Source of the DNA: Marsupella aquatica
Lineage: Eukaryota > Plantae > Marchantiophyta
Direction of reading: 5' to 3'
Length of the DNA: 64,000 bases
Assembly: GCA_973895155.1 (NCBI GenBank)
Contig: OZ316895.1
Span: 18,960,508 to 19,024,507 of the forward strand
Below are positions 63,815-64,000 of this stretch, piece by piece; the first letter of the stretch is position 1, and the number at the start of each line of letters is the position of its first letter. The translations under genes and the position numbers were made by a program. The notes under the pieces are model-generated. The model searched no databases. It was not told where the DNA came from and worked only from the letters and a program-made list of their open reading frames with translations.

Positions 63815-64000
63815 TGTAAGATCATCCAACCCAAAAACACTCAGTTCACAATAATGAATGACGTCTTCGAATGCACACAATGGTATTCATAGTCAATAAT
63901 CCGTTTGTTAGAGCCGTTAGAATACGACAGAATCACTACCGGTCGAAACCACATCTGACACAATAAATGTTTTTTGTCGTTATGTCAACGACATTTACAC

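Larger units (their letters stand above)
59120..64000 (-). mobile_element. Second, diverged MULE of the same family (runs off the window)
   Basis: TIR GAGGTATAGCGACCGAGACAGCAAACAG at 59120 resembles the TIRs of 9457-24862; palindromes at 59495, 59604, 61294, 61407. Confidence 0.85.

Overview
Eukaryotic, almost entirely transposon-derived DNA, probably from a non-seed land plant (inferred from the element families and GT-AG introns). I found no host gene, rRNA, tRNA or CRISPR array. Target-site duplications (TSDs) resolve most of the window into nested insertions, up to five levels deep. The top candidate is a ~11-kb (net) Mutator-like DNA transposon at 9457-24862, with a diverged relative at 59120 to the window end. 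It pairs a GCM-type zinc finger/MULE/SWIM transposase with a divergently transcribed, intron-containing gene resembling a ParB/Srx domain fused to a beta-class N6/N4 DNA methyltransferase. It also carries 17 copies of a 15-bp palindrome (TAGCGCCNGGCGCTA), plus 4 in the second copy, all in introns or other non-coding DNA. Second, a Ty3/gypsy element (37036-50800) encodes a C5 cytosine methyltransferase between protease and RT and a PHD finger after integrase. Third, one family of TGTGAYGCC...GTGACA LTR-like units is modular: some members carry a long protein-coding ORF, and one element has two LTRs that share only U3. Also present are Bianca-like and Tork-like copia, a second gypsy, CACTA and Harbinger remnants and MITEs. 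All domain calls come from reading motifs by eye; no database searches were run.
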